From: Eledone cirrhosa
Taxonomy: Eukaryota
Direction: 5' to 3'
DNA: 64,000 nt
NCBI GenBank assembly: GCA_964016885.1
Contig: OZ024741.1
Span: forward strand, 402,194,001 to 402,258,000
Shown here: positions 29,009 to 42,071 of the stretch, one piece after another
Position numbering within the stretch: position 1 is the stretch's first letter
How the letters are laid out: each line of letters starts with the position of its first letter
Program-made: the position numbers and the translations under genes
Notes under the pieces: model-generated
The model's database searches: none
What the model saw: only the letters and a program-made list of their open reading frames with translations
What the model was told of the DNA's origin: nothing

Positions 29009-29622
29009 CTGTTTAAACAACGGCTGCTATATCAAACAGGGCACTGATTAAACGGAATGGAATGTAGTTTAAATAACTGCCCGTCTCTCCTCATCAAAAA
29101 ACTAATGAAAGTAAACAAGATCAATAGGAAACACACGTTGATCGACTGGATTTTCCTGTTGGAAAATGTTTGGAAATAATTATTGATTTGTTTGTTGTAT
29201 ACTTGCTCTGTTTTCTTCAAGTTAAACTTTCACCTTCGTATATTTCTATGGAGTTTCTATGTAGTTTCTTTCCTTCTAACTTATATTACATTCCGATAAT
29301 CTCGTCTTGATTAAATATTTTGGGCTTTTCTTTTTCAGTAAGATACAATAGATATTTGTAAATTTACTGAATTTACAAATGACGGCATCTCTTCGTTAAA
29401 ATTGATAAATTTTTGACCAGGTAGACATCCGTTTTCTACCTTAGTAGAGCGATACATTGATTGAAAGTACCCCCGTAATCTAAAGATTATATATATATAT
29501 ATCTATATATATATATATATATATATATGAAGACCATTATTCGATACTAGGGTTAGTAGAGTGTGACTATTAGAATTACCTGTGGAAACGACTAGAGCTC
29601 AGTCGGGCTCCAAATCTTTCTA

Positions 29623-30275
29623 ATATAGAATCCACATGAATCAAAGTTCTGTTCAAACCATTTATTAGCTTACAATTGTTTCATCCAAACTGAGGTTTGG
29701 AGTCTTATATATTACGTTTCCTGGATTGTGAAAATGGTGGTGTATACAAAAACCATAACATTATTTTGCTTCTCATTTATAATATTTCTATGCACACAAG
29801 CTTCTCTATCATACACAAAAATACTTTACCACTACAACCTCCATAATACTCTTGATTACCCACTTAAAGTGCTTGTATTGCATATAACACCTTGCCGCAC
29901 AATAATCTTATATAAATAAGACACACGTGCATGCCCCACATGTAACTATTGCATGCAATAACTACTTCAACTGACTAACGAACTATCCTCTTGCATTATC
30001 TTCGTAAACTGCCGATGTATCTTAACTTTAATTTTGTTCTAATATGATTTAAATTTTGAATTTAAAATGCCATGCAAAAATATTATAATGGATGTCACCC
30101 CACTGTGCTTCAATATATACATATGTATCTGTATGTCTCTTGCGTTGGAAAGGAGGTCATGTATGTAAACAATCATTGAAAAATTGCTCCGAAGACCCCA
30201 AGCCTCGGTTTGGATGAAACAATTGTAAGCTAATAAATGGTTTGGACATAACTTTGATTCCTGTGAATTCTATAT
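29623..30275. mobile_element. Inverted pair of ~84-bp Penelope-like terminal segments
   Basis: 29623-29706 is the reverse complement of 30192-30275 (~90% by eye); contains a hammerhead-like motif and AATAAA. Confidence 0.55.
30186..30230 (+). ncRNA. Minimal type I hammerhead ribozyme-like motif (U4C variant)
   Basis: GCU-CCGAAGA-stem II (CCAAGC/GUUUGG)-GAAAC-AAUU-GUA-AGC. Confidence 0.5.
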
Positions 30276-30449
30276 AACTGCTCTGTAGAACAACTGATGT
30301 TATTACATTGAGCTATTTATCTTACTGGTAATAAGGTAGTAATAAATTACTGTCTTTCACTGTTTAGGGTTTAAAATATATATAACTATAAAAAGTTTTA
30401 GTATATACATAACCATAAATAGTATCCTTAATACTATATATATATATAT

Positions 30450-30706
30450 ATATTGTTACACTTGGGGAGGGTCATATTTGTGTAATATTGCCAGAATTAA
30501 TAACAGAACACACTCACTGTTTGGTTGGTTTTCGCTTCTCGCTCTCAGTGGTCGTCTCCACACATCTTTTCACAGCAAAATCAATCATAGTTAGATCGCA
30601 GATATAAAAGACGGCGAGAAGCGAAAACCAACCAAACAGTGAGTGTGTTCTGTTATTAATTCTGGCAATATTACACAAATATGACCCTCCCCAAGTATAA
30701 CAATAT
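30450..30706. mobile_element. MITE / foldback element with ~92-bp terminal inverted repeats
   Basis: 30450-30542 and 30615-30706 are near-perfect reverse complements; TA-rich flanks. Confidence 0.8.
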
Positions 30707-30769
30707 TTGTTTCGACACACGATTTCATATAAAAAACCTCGCTAAACTATATATATATATATATATATA

Positions 30770-33700
30770 TAAATCTGAGGATGTGTATTAAGGTTTGTAA
30801 CGTATGCATGTCCACAATTTCCAACGGATTTTATTCAACATCGGGACAATTATTGCTTTTGGTCAGAAAAAGGTCATGAGGCAAACAAATTTCAAATCCA
30901 TCAACAATAAGGGCAAACATCGATCATGATCATTCCCACTCTCTATAATTTAACTGCTTTACTCTCTCTATCGCTCTTCACTCCCTATATGGCAACACTG
31001 CAGAGAGAGAAACAGTGTGTTTGATCAAATGGAGCGTTCTGTATATTCCCTCTCTATAATTTAACTGCTTTACTCTCTCTGTCGCTCTTCACTCCCTATA
31101 TGACAACGCTGCAGTGGAGCGTTCCGTATTGCGCGTTCCATATTGACATACGGCTTATCTGGCGCATTTTCAATCGGCTTATTGCAAATAACAACCCGCA
31201 AAATAAGACTTCATATAACAGATTGATGCTATAGACATATGAATCGGAATGTAACCCATGAAATCTTTCCTGGGCAAAATTATTCGAACAGACATGACCT
31301 CATTGCCAGAGTGTTCAGACTGAAACTGGCTAAACTCATGGCTTTAATAAAAAAGGTCAGGTATTTGGGGCTGTAAAATGTGACATGTTCACCGTCGAAT
31401 GGCAAAAACGAGGGCTGCCACATGCTCACATTTTGATTTGGTTAGCTGATAAAATCAATTCAAATGCCATAGACAGCTTCATTTCGGCTGAAATCCCTAA
31501 CCCAGCAACTGACCAGCAATTACATGACATCGTCAAAGCTAACATGGTCTGTGTGCATCGGGTCCTAATGAGCATCACACGTGTCTGAAAGGGGGTCGTG
31601 CAGTAAGGGATACCCAAAACAATTTGTTAACCAGACTCAGACTGGTGGCGACGGGTACCCCCTGTACAGGCGGAGACGGCCCGAGAACGGTGGCTTCACC
31701 ACAACAGTAAAGGGTGGTCAAGTCGACAATAGATGGGTGGTCCCTTACTGCCCGCTTCTCTTGAAGATGTTCAATGCCCACACCAACGTTGAGTTTTGCA
31801 ACTCCGCCAAGTCGATAAAATACATATGCAAATATGTAAATAAGGGCTCTGATACCGCAATGTTCGCATTTTAAGCTGAAAGTAGCAGGGACGAGGTCAC
31901 AGAATACCTGGAGAGGCGGTACATCAGTAGCAATGAAGCTTTTTGGCGCCTATTTGGTTTACCCCTACACCAACGCCGCCCCGCCATCGTACAGCTTGCA
32001 GTACATTTGGAAAATGGGCAAAGGGTTTACTTTACGAACCAAACCGCCACCAAGTTGGCCGCCGATCCGAAAGAGACCACTCTGACGGGTTTCTTCAAAT
32101 TTACCAGTTCGATACATTTGCACAAACAATTGTGTATCCCAGGTTCCATCTTACTTTATATGGTCAAAAAACACTTGGGTGCGAAGAAAGTCAAGTCAGG
32201 CTGTTGAAAGACATCCTGGTGTAAAATTTGACAGCTGTCTTCGAAGGGTTTACACTGTTCCCCCTAAGTCAGGATGAGTGCTTTCATCTCCACCTTCTTC
32301 TGCATGAAGTTCTAGGCCCACAAAGTTTTCAGGACCTCAAAACTGTTGGAGAAATATGTGATACGTACTGGGAAGCCTGCTTTAAGCGTGGTCTTTTGGA
32401 AGATGATTCGCAATTGGATTCCACTTTAGCAGAGGGTGCTTTGTTTAATCACCTAAAGGTCCATGGGAACTCTTTGCCATTTTGCTTCAAAAGTGTGAAT
32501 ATGGGTCAAGAACAGAGACTTCATGTCTGAGGACTTCCTGCGCCTGGCTCATCTGCAGTATCCTTCAGTGGAAGTTGGTTTCAGCGACATTATCTACAAC
32601 AGGGCACTCATTGATATCGAGGACGCCCTCCTCGACATGGGTGGGAGTGAATTGGCGACGTATGGCTTGCCGTCAGAGAAGAAGCTAACACGTTGGCCCC
32701 GGATTTGTTGCGGGAAATGGCATATGACATGGAATCTCTTTCCCAATACTTAGAGGAAAATGAGCCCAAACGTCTTTCGAACCAAAGGTTGGCCTATTTA
32801 ACTATCATTGACGCGGTTCAAAATCAGACTGGGGGTATTTACTTTCTCGATGCTCCTGGTGGTACCGGAAAAACGTTTGTAACGAAATTGATTCTTGCTA
32901 AGATTCTTCAGGAGAAAAAAATTGCGTTGGCCGTTGCATCATCCGGGATCGCTGCTACTTTGCTGCCGGGAGGCAGGACAGCACATTCAACCTTTAAACT
33001 CCTCCTGGATTTAGTAAAAACTGAGACACCAACATGCAATATCAGCAAGAGTTCACACGAAGCTCTGGTTCTCAAAAAATGTTGCCTCATTGCTTGGGAT
33101 GAGTGCACAATGGCACACAGGGGTGCTCTTGGACAGGACCCTGAAAGACATTAGGGATTCTACAGCTCCTATGGGTGGCGTAATCCTTCTACTATCAGTG
33201 GATTTTCGGCAAACGCTGCCTGTCATCCCCAAAGGGACAAGAGCTGATGAAGTGCGTGCCTCCCTTAAGTCCTCCATGTTGTGGCTCCAGGTGAAGAATT
33301 TATACCTGAGCACAAATATGCGTGCTCATTTGCATGGTGACAACGTCTGCAGCATTTGCTCAGAACATTTTAGCACTTGGTGAGGGCAAGGTCCCTGCGG
33401 ATGACAAGGGTGGCATAGCAATCGACTCTCCGTGCAACATTGTGAGCAGCCCTTCTGACCTTTGGGAAGCAGTTTTTCCTAATGTCTCATCTAACTTTAA
33501 AAACCTCGATTGGCTCAGCAAAATAGCCATCTTTGCTCCGAAAAATACCATGGTTAATTTTATTAATGAGCAGCTGATTGAGAAGATTCCCGGTAAAGAG
33601 CACATCTTCAAATCTATTGACCGGACGTCAGACCCCGACGATGTCGTTAATTATCCGGTTGAGTTATTAAATTCCCTTGAGCCCCCAGGGTTCCTTTCTC

Positions 33701-34414
33701 ACATTATTGGCTGTCCCATTATGCTAATAAGGAACTTGCATCCACCAAAGCAGTCAAGTCACTGATGCCCCACTTGATTGAGGCCACCATTGTAACGGGG
33801 TTTGGGAGAAGGGAGAATGTTTTCATTCCAAGGATGAACCTTTCCCCCTCGGCATCAGATATCCTGTTCGATTTCCAGCGATCCCAATTCCCGGTGAGAC
33901 CATGTTTTGCCATGTCCATTAACAAGTCACCAGGGCAAACATTGTCGGTGGCGGGCATCCATTTGAGGGACCCATGCCTCTTCCATGGCCAACTTTATGT
34001 TGCCTGTCCCTGCATAGGGAGCAGGAATGGACTTTTTGCTTACACTCCTCAAGGGATGACATGCAATATCGTCTACAAAGAGGTGCTATAGATGTTGGTG
34101 CAGGTGTTGGAGGTGTTGGAGCTATGCCGTCTGGAAAACTATTTCCTGGTATGGTCACCCATGGCGGACAGATCTGACACCCAGCGGCATCAGGGCCACC
34201 ATCTTGCAACTTTGGTCTACTAAATTCGCTATTGGAAGATTATTAACCCATCCTTGATTGTCCAAAATGCTAATTGGTTCGTAACTTTTAATAACCGGTT
34301 CAACTGCTTTATGCACTTAATTGATAAGCTTATTCGCTTTCAAGCGACGTTTTCCTGTATGTAACTTTTCATAGCAAATGAACAAACCCGAGCAACGCCG
34401 GGCTAAACTGCTAG
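30770..34414 (+). mobile_element. Decayed autonomous Helitron
   Basis: RepHel fragments; 3' hairpin CCCGAGCAACGCCGGG and CTAG end at 34411-34414 followed by T. The 5' limit is approximate, inside a TA run. Confidence 0.9.
31250..34091 (+). pseudogene. Helitron Rep (HUH)-Pif1 helicase, multiply frameshifted
   Basis: VEWQKRGLPHAHILIWL (HUH), KYICKYVNKG, DAPGGTGKTF (Walker A), LLPGGRTAHS, DFRQTLPV, QFPVRPCFAMSINKSPGQTL. Confidence 0.95.
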
Positions 34415-34441
34415 TATATATATGCTAGTATATATATATAT

Positions 34442-35263
34442 GCTGGATGTGTAATAGTAACATACGTGAACGGCAAAGCATAAGCGAACTAAAGAAAAAA
34501 TTAGAAATAAGAGGGATCAGATGTTGTTTACTCGAGAGAAGGCTACGTTGGTATGGTCACGTGATGCGCATGAAAGACGACAGCTGTATAACAAAGTGCA
34601 GGGCAATAAAGATAGACGGTAGCTACGGAGTAGGCAGACCCAGAAAAACCTGGGACGAGCTGATAAATTCTGACCTCACACATTTACACCTCTCCAAGAC
34701 AATGTCACTGGACCGAGACCTTTGGCGGTACTCAGTAATAGAGAAGACCCGCCTTACCTAAATACAAAGTAAAACCTACTACAGCCAGTAGGCATCTCTA
34801 GCAAATATACCCCCTGTCCCACCACCCCCACCCCATCCACACCGCCCCTTCAATGTAAAGTTATGTTGGTGCCACAACATCCAGGCCGAAACAAATGAGA
34901 TCGTGTAGGTGTCACGACAAAAAAAACACACAGTCCACGCTGTCATGTGGCCGTGTCGGCAACACGGTAAAAACCTCCCAGCCCCACACTGTAAATGTGG
35001 TTGGTGTTAGGAAGGGCATCCAGCTGTAGAAAACCTGCCAGACAGTCCACGCTGTAATGTGGCCGTGTAGGCAACACGGTAAAAACCTCCCAGCCCCACA
35101 CTGTAAATGTGGTTGGTGTTAGGAAGGGCATCCAGCTGTAGAAAACCCGCCAGACAGTCCTATGCGAGCAAGACAATCACTCTTGCCTCAAGTGGGAAAA
35201 CCCCCATCCAAACCCATGCAAGTGTGGAACACGGACGTTAAACGTTGATGATGATGATGATGA
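34442..35263 (+). mobile_element. RTE family A (A2) 3' fragment
   Basis: [11 protein letters not shown]...TRLT*, duplicated 3'UTR, (GAT)n tail. Confidence 0.93.
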
Positions 35264-35312
35264 TGCAAGCAGGGAAAAAACGGACGTAAAATGAAATGAT
35301 GATGATGATGAT
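35264..35312 (+). mobile_element. 3' tip of SINE / RTE family C
   Basis: GCAAGCAGGGAAAAAACGGACGTAAAATGAAATGATGAT. Confidence 0.75.
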
Positions 35313-35499
35313 ATATTGTATCATCGAATTCTGGGGAATAAAATAAAATACAAAAAACTCGGTCTACATCCATTTGATTTGAAATCAAATCTGTCGGGTA
35401 CTGACTGAACTTTTCTATGCCTTTAGCAATTATTGCTCAATTATATCTATAGTTTTTTCTTTCTTTGATTGTATATTTTTGTGTATTATATCTATAGAG

Positions 35500-35700
35500 T
35501 TCTTCTTCTCCCACCCCACGTATTCCCGAGAGAGTCGTGAGGGCGGTCCTCAAAAACTTCTTCCAGTGAGTCCTGTCAGAAGCAACCGTTTCCAACTGAT
35601 ACTGCTGGATCCCCAAGCGCCAAACTCATGGGTGTTATCCAAGCACCTTGCTCGAGGTCTACCCCTGGGTCTCCTGTCTGTTGCTTTTGCCCGTAAAATC
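35500..35700 (-). mobile_element. Old RTE-type LINE 3' fragment with (GAA)n tail
   Basis: Minus strand reads RRPRGRPRARCLDN...ASDRTHWKKFLRTA; homologous to the flanks and unit of the 64-bp satellite. Confidence 0.6.
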
Positions 35701-35859
35701 TATAAAGTTCATAGCAACAATTGATTATAAGAGATTAAACTATTTTGTAAGCATTATAAAATCTAATAAAAAAAAAATGTATATATTCTAATAATTACAA
35801 GACTGACACAAAACCCTACCTTATTATTTATTGTTATAAGGAGATATAATATAATCAAT

Positions 35860-36450
35860 GTAAAGGAAGGGGTGAACAACTGAGCCAACACCAGAGCAAA
35901 AGAAAAGACAGCAGCATCGCGAGGAGTACCGGGCAACCTCTCTAATGATTTTTGAGGCAAGCTAGCACACTCGCAGCGTTGCCTCGGGTGATGGCGAGGC
36001 TTAATGCGCTGGAACAACGAAGCGCCCTCGTGAGATTCGCCAGTTACCTCTATTAGGCGAGCCGCCAGTGAAGAGAGGAACCTTGCAGTCAGCGGCCCGA
36101 CTCCCCCCAAACGTCTCAAAAGTCACAGGCTGCCTCGCAATCACCCGAGGCAACGCTGCGAGTGTGCTGGCTTGCCTAAAAAAACATTAGAGAGGTTGCC
36201 CGGTACTCTTCGCAACGCTTCTGTCTTTTGCTCTGGGGTTGCCTCGGGTGTTCACCCCTTCCTTTACATTTTCTTTAATATTGCAACATTAAAAGAATAT
36301 ATCCTTCCGAGGGAATTGCGAGTGATTTATAATGTCATCTAAGCATTTGTAATGTTATTTACGTATATATTTAAAACATATGTTATTCTACTGTAAATTT
36401 ATTTATATGCTTTGTAAAATAAAAAAGTGTTCCACTTGAAATTCACCTTT
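35860..36450. mobile_element. CRE-type (restriction-like endonuclease) non-LTR fragments in inverted arrangement
   Basis: Minus strand: PVTFETFGGVGP...LFQRI.LAITRGNAASVL. Plus-strand copy from 36132 with an A-rich end. 71-bp direct repeats flank the pair. Confidence 0.75.
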
Positions 36451-36785
36451 TAATAATTACAAGACTGACACAAAGCCCTACCTTATTATTTATTGTTATA
36501 AGGAGATATAATATAATCAATCGATCGGACATTCCAGTATCTTATAACATTATTGATCCCTATAGGATATTAGCCCATATTGAAGAAATATTGATATTTC
36601 GATATTCAAAGCATTTTGTTTTGATTACGGCTTTGAATGAAAGTATTTTGAATAGTTTCTTTTCCAAATAACGCTAGCTATACTTTTACAGGAAACAAAC
36701 CATAGATATTATCTCTCTCTCTCTGTCCCTCTCTATGTCTACCCATTTATCTACCTGTCTCAATCATTAAAAACAACAGCATGAC

Positions 36786-36892
36786 AATAATCGTTTCTAC
36801 ATTTGGCACAAGGCCAGCAATTACTCCCAGTGCATTACTGGTACTTTATTTTATCGACCCCATAAGGATGAAAGGCAAAGTTAACCTCGGCG
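36786..36892 (-). mobile_element. SINE family 2 (Meta-domain-like), 3' part
   Basis: Reverse complement of GCCGAGGTTAACTTTGCCTTTCATCC...GGGGTCGATAAAATAAAGTACCAG...CCTTGTGCCAAA. Confidence 0.8.
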
Positions 36893-37356
36893 ACAATAAT
36901 ATCCCCTTATGAGGGTCATAGGCTGACCAAATAAGGTTTATTTTTAACATAGTCCCTGCAAAGGAACGATGCAGTTATTAATGAGAAGTGTTGAAATTAA
37001 GGCATGCAAGATTTCACAGCTCTAACATCAATCCTTCATAGGCTGACCAAGATACTTTCATGGAATGAGCAAATGACTCCAATAAAATACCCTCTCATAT
37101 TTTTGAGGATTTTGGAACCCTGCTGAGTCTTGGTTTGTCTTTCTTTCTTACAGTGGGGTTGTCCACCCCTCGGGTACTTCAATTTTTCACCCCACTATGT
37201 GCTGGACCTCCAAGAAAAAGTTTGCAAGGCGGTAGACAAGACCCCTTTGGGGCCCGAAGCGGGCAAAGATAATTCTTTAAATGAATGTTGCACGGTTGCT
37301 GTGGGGGCCTTCTTAGCTTTTGGGCCCCTTAAAATACCGGCTGGACACCCCTCTTG

Positions 37357-38731
37357 ATGGTGGTGGTGGTGTTGTAGTGTTGGTGGTGGTGTTGCAGATA
37401 GTGTTGATGGTGGTGGTGGTGTTGCAGATGTTGTAGATAGTGTTGATGGTGATGGTGGTAGTGGTATGTTGGTGGTGGTGTTGTAGATAGTCTTGATGGT
37501 GGTGGTGGTGTTGTAGATAGTGTTGATGGTGGTGGAGGTGTTGTAGATAGTGTTGGTGGTGGTGGTGTTGTAGTGTTGATGGTGGTGGTGGTGTTATGTT
37601 GGTGGTGTTGTAGATAGTGTTGATGGTGGTGGTGGTGTTGTAGATAGTGTTGGTGGTGGTGTTGTAGATAGTGTTGGTGGTGGTGTTGTAGATAGTAGTT
37701 GATGGTGGTGGTGGTGTTGTAGATAGTAGTTGATGGTGGTGGTGGTGTTGTAGATAGTAGTTGATGGTGGTGGTGGTGTTGTAGATAGTGTTGATGGTGG
37801 TGGTGGTGTTGTAGATAGTGTTGATGGTGGTGGTGGTGTTGTAGATAGTGTTGATGGTGGTGGTGGTGTTGGTGGTGGTGTTGATGGTGGTGGTGGTGTT
37901 GTAGATAGTGTTGATGGTGGTGGTGGTGTTGTAGATAGTGTTGATGGTGGTGGTGGTGTTGTAGATAGTGTTGATGGTGGTGGTGTTATAGATAGTGTTG
38001 ATGGTGGTGGTGGTGTTATAGTGTTGATGGTGGTGGTGGTGTTGTAGATAGTGCTGATGGTGGTGGTGGTGTTGTAGATAGTGTTGACGGTGGTGGTGGT
38101 GTTGTAGATAGTGTTGATGGTGGTGGTGGTGTTGATGGTGGTGGTGGTGTTGTAGATAGTGTTGGTGGTGGTGTTGTAGTGTTGATGGTGGTGGTGGTGT
38201 TGTAGATAGTGGTGGTGGAGGTGTTGTAGATAGTGTTGATGGTGGTGGTGGTGTTGTAGATAGTGTTGATGGTGGCGGTGTTGTAGATAGTGTTGATGGT
38301 GGCGGTGTTGTAGATAGTGTTGGTGGTGGTGTTGTAGTGTTGATGGTGGTGGTGGTGTTGTAGATAGTGTTGATGGTGGTGGTGGTGTTGTAGATAGTGT
38401 TGATGGTGGTGGTGGTGTTGTAGATAGTGTTGATGGTGGAGGGTGGTGTTGTAGATAGTGTTGATGGTGGTTGAGGTGCTGTAGATATGTTGATGATGGT
38501 GGTGGTGTTGTTGATAGTGTTGATGGTGGTGGTGGTGTTGTAGATAGTGTTGATGGTGGTGGTGGTGTTGTAGATAGTGTTGATGGTGGAGGGTGGTGTT
38601 GTAGATAGTGTTGATGGTGGTTGAGGTGCTGTAGATATGTTGATGATGGTGGTGGTGTTGTTGATAGTGTTGATGGTGGTGGTGGTAGTGGTGGTGGTTG
38701 TGGTTGTGGTGGTGGTGGTGGTGGTGGTGAT
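37357..38731. repeat. (GGT)-rich minisatellite, ~30-bp unit GTTGTAGATAGTGTTGATGGTGGTGGTGGT
   Basis: Directly visible; unit length varies in steps of 3 nt. Confidence 0.97.
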
Positions 38732-39195
38732 GGAGAAGATGGATATAACACCAAAACTAATTCTGTTAACTTCAGTGACTCAGTTCGTTTAGAAGTGGAG
38801 GGGGGAGGGAGAGGTACTAGAACAATAGAATTAGTCAAACTATTGGGGAAGAACACTAAAAAAATGTTTGCCTGAATAAACCGAAAAGGGACATTGATTT
38901 AATTGGTAAAGCTTGTATGTTTTTATGTTGGCATTGTTAGTACAGAGGGTAGTAGATTGGTAGTATCGGTAGAGCGTCGGGCGTCCTGCTTCGTGGCATA
39001 GAGTTACGACCCATTACTTTCTGCAACATCGAAGCCATGGTTTATGACCTTGTTGAAAGCAACACAGCTTGGAAGGCAGCCTGGAATATCAACAACAGTA
39101 ATATTACAATAGGACCCATGCTGTCAGTAATCACAGCATTACCGTTGGCTGTATTTCATTTTGGAGTCTAAGACTGGTATACCCTATGTAGGAGG

Positions 39196-39872
39196 ACTAG
39201 TGGACCAGTGCCATCAATAATGGTGACAATAGTGTTGGATATATTTAATATTTGGTGGCCAGAATTGGTATACCATATATACCAGGACTGGTGGACCAGT
39301 GTCAGCAGTAATGGTGACAATAGTGTTGGATATATTTAATATTTGGTGTCCAGGATTGGTATACCATATATACCAGGACTAGTGGACCAGTGCCATCAAT
39401 AATGGTGACAATAGTGTTGGATATATTTAATATTTGGTGTCCAGAATTGGTATACCATATATACCAGGACTGGTGGACCAGTGTCGTCAATAATGGTGAC
39501 AATAGTGTTGGATATATTTAATATTTGGTGTCCAGGATTGGTATACCATTTATACCAGGACTGGTGGACCAGTGTCGTCAGTAATGGTGACAATAGTGTT
39601 GGATATATTTAATATTTGGTGTCCAGAATTGGTATACCATATATACCAGGACTGGTGGACCAGTGTCGTCAATAATGGTGACAATAGTGTTGGATATATT
39701 TAATATTTGGTGTCCAGGATTGGTATACCATTTATACCAGGACTGGTGGACCAGTGTCGTCAGTAATGGTGACAATAGTGTTGGATATATTTAATATTTG
39801 GTGTCCAGAATTGGTATACCATATATACCAGGACTGGTGGACTAGTGTCGTCAATAATGGTGACAATAGCGT
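39196..39872 (+). repeat. 91-bp tandem repeat (~7.5 units) with 182-bp dimer structure
   Basis: Identical translated segments recur at 182-bp offsets (39396/39578). Confidence 0.95.
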
Positions 39873-39922
39873 TGAATAGAAAATATATATTAAACAGTGA
39901 TGATGATATATGATGTGTATTA

Positions 39923-40113
39923 GGGCGGTGGATTGGCAGTATTGGTAGAGGGTCGGACACCATGCTTTACAGTATAGTTACGTCCCTTTATGTTCTGAGT
40001 TCAAATCCTGCCGAGGTTAACTTTGCCTTTCATTCCTACGGGGTCGATAAAATAAAGCACCAGTAATACACTGGGATAATTGCTGGCCTTGTGCCAAAAG
40101 TAGAAACAATTAT
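39923..40113 (+). mobile_element. tRNA-derived SINE family 2 (Meta-domain-like)
   Basis: Head TGGCAGTATTGG, B box GAGTTCAAATCC, conserved body; tandem with the next copy. Confidence 0.82.
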
Positions 40114-40283
40114 ATATTAGGGAGGTGGATTGGCAGTATTGGTAGAGGGTCGGACACCATGTTTTGCAGCAAAGAGTTACGGCCTTTTATGGTCTCAGTT
40201 CAAATCCTGCTGAGGTTAATATTACCTTTCATCCTTACAATGCCGATAAAATTAGCCCCAGTAATGTACTGGGGTCAATTTAA

Positions 40284-40755
40284 CCCTTTAGCATTCAAAC
40301 TGGCCGTATTCGGCCAGAAATGTCTCACCTCTTTCTGTTCAAACCAGTTATACTGATGTTAAGGTATTGTTCTCAAAATAAATATCAAAATCTCATAGAT
40401 TTGATATTATGTGAGATAATTATGTAAGATAAAGTGTTTACTTTAAAAATACAATAGTATCATCATCACAGTCTTAGGTCCGTTCTTCCACGCTAGCATG
40501 GGTTAGACAGGTTGTCCTGTAATGGGCAGTGTCCAGTCGGCTAACCTTGTCTTGCTCATACAGGAACTGTTTCTGGCTTGATTTCTACAGCTGGATGCCC
40601 TTCCTAACACCAACCTCATTTACAGTGAGTGCTGGGTGCTTTTTTGTCGTGGTACCTCCACAGGGGTGTGGGGGCATATTGTTTATATGCTTCAGCTTCG
40701 GCGTGTACCTGTGGAAAGTCTTCTATATATATAGAGTAATGTGATTACTAAAGGG
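40284..40755 (+). mobile_element. Non-autonomous piggyBac-like element
   Basis: TTAA-CCCTTTAGCATTCA...TGATTACTAAAGGG-TTAA; second copy at 63449-63664. Confidence 0.85.
40459..40700 (-). mobile_element. RTE family B-like 3'UTR fragment nested in the MITE
   Basis: Diverged reverse complement of ~25060-25341 with an internal deletion. Confidence 0.85.
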
Positions 40756-40841
40756 TTAATCAACTTTCTCTTTCCCTTCTAATTGCTGGCCTTGTGCCAA
40801 AAGTAGGAACTATTATTATACCTGTCAGGTATTTTGGTCTC

Positions 40842-40921
40842 CCACCTGGTGTCACCTGGTGCCACCTGGTGCCACCTGGTCCAACCTGGTGCCACCTGGT
40901 GCCACCTGGTGCCACCTGGTG
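40842..40921. repeat. 10-bp tandem repeat GCCACCTGGT
   Basis: About 8 units. Confidence 0.95.
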
Positions 40922-41029
40922 TCGGAAGCTAATATATCTTCCATTTTGGTGTCTACTTAAAAAGTTTATACAAACTGTCAAAATATGGCAGTTTGTATAA
41001 AAATAGTTGGCATGAATAATAGCAAATGT

Positions 41030-41866
41030 TGTGGTACTAATAGCTGCTATGGTACTAATAGCTGGTATGGTACTAATATATGGTATGAATGATAGTAAAT
41101 TGTGTGGTAGCAGGTATGGTACTAATAGCTGGTATTGAATTAGTAGCTGGTATGGTACTAATAGCTGGTATGGTACTAGTAGCTGGTATGGTACTAGTAG
41201 CTGGTATGGTAGTAGTAGCTGGTATGGTACTAGTAGCTGGTATGGTACTAGTAGCTGGTATGGTACTAGTAGCTGGTATGGTACTAGTAGCTGGTATGGT
41301 ACTAGTAGCTGGTATGGTACTAGTAGCTGGTATGGTACTAGTAGCTGGTATGGTACTAGTAGCTGGTATGGTACTAGTAGCTGGTATGGTACTAGTAGCT
41401 GGTATGGTACTAGTAGCTGGTATGGTACTAGTAGCTGGTATGGTACTAGTAGCTGGTATGGTACTAGTAGCTGGTATGGTACTAGTAGCTGGTATGGTAC
41501 TAATAGTTGGTATGGTACTAATAGCTGGTATGGTACTAATAGCTGGTATGGTACTAATAGCTGGTATGGTACTAATAGCTGGTATGGTACTAATAGCTGG
41601 TATGGTACTAATAGCTGGTATGGTACTAATAGCTGGTATGGTACTAATAGCTGGTATAGTACTAATAGCTGGTATGGTACTAATAGCTGGTATGGTACTA
41701 ATAGCTGGTATGGTACTAATAGCTGGTGAGGTATTAATAGCTGGTATGGTGGTACTAATAGCTGGTATGGTACTAATAGCTGGTGTACTAATAGCTGGTA
41801 TGGTACTAATAGCTGGTGTACTAATAGCTGGTATGGTAGTAATAGCTGGTATGGTACTAATAGCTG
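41030..41866. repeat. 18-bp minisatellite GCTGGTATGGTACTA(G/A)TA
   Basis: About 45 units, with G and A variants in blocks. Confidence 0.97.
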
Positions 41867-41952
41867 TAATAACTATTAAAAATTTTCATTCATTCATTAC
41901 AAAACTTCTGTAAATTATATATATACATATATACATATATATACATTATGTA

Positions 41953-42071
<119 letters not shown>

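Larger units (their letters stand above)
40119..40820 (+). mobile_element. SINE family 2 copy interrupted by a piggyBac-like MITE
   Basis: Head and body at 40119-40283; tail TAATTGCTGGCCTTGTGCCAAAAGTAG resumes after 40760. Confidence 0.75.

Noticed and set aside
29015-29490. Possible transposon end or host exon
   Set aside because: No ORF, terminal motif or second copy in the window to support a call.
37594-38856. Mucin/extensin-like Pro-Thr-Ser ORF (420 aa)
   Set aside because: Minisatellite translation that changes register between PTS, HQY and NT repeats; no splice or domain evidence.
39196-39872. Possible CRISPR array or repeated small peptides
   Set aside because: Plain 91-bp tandem repeat; the ORFs are by-products.
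41089-41913. Hydrophobic (AGMVLV)n ORF
   Set aside because: Translation of an 18-bp minisatellite.
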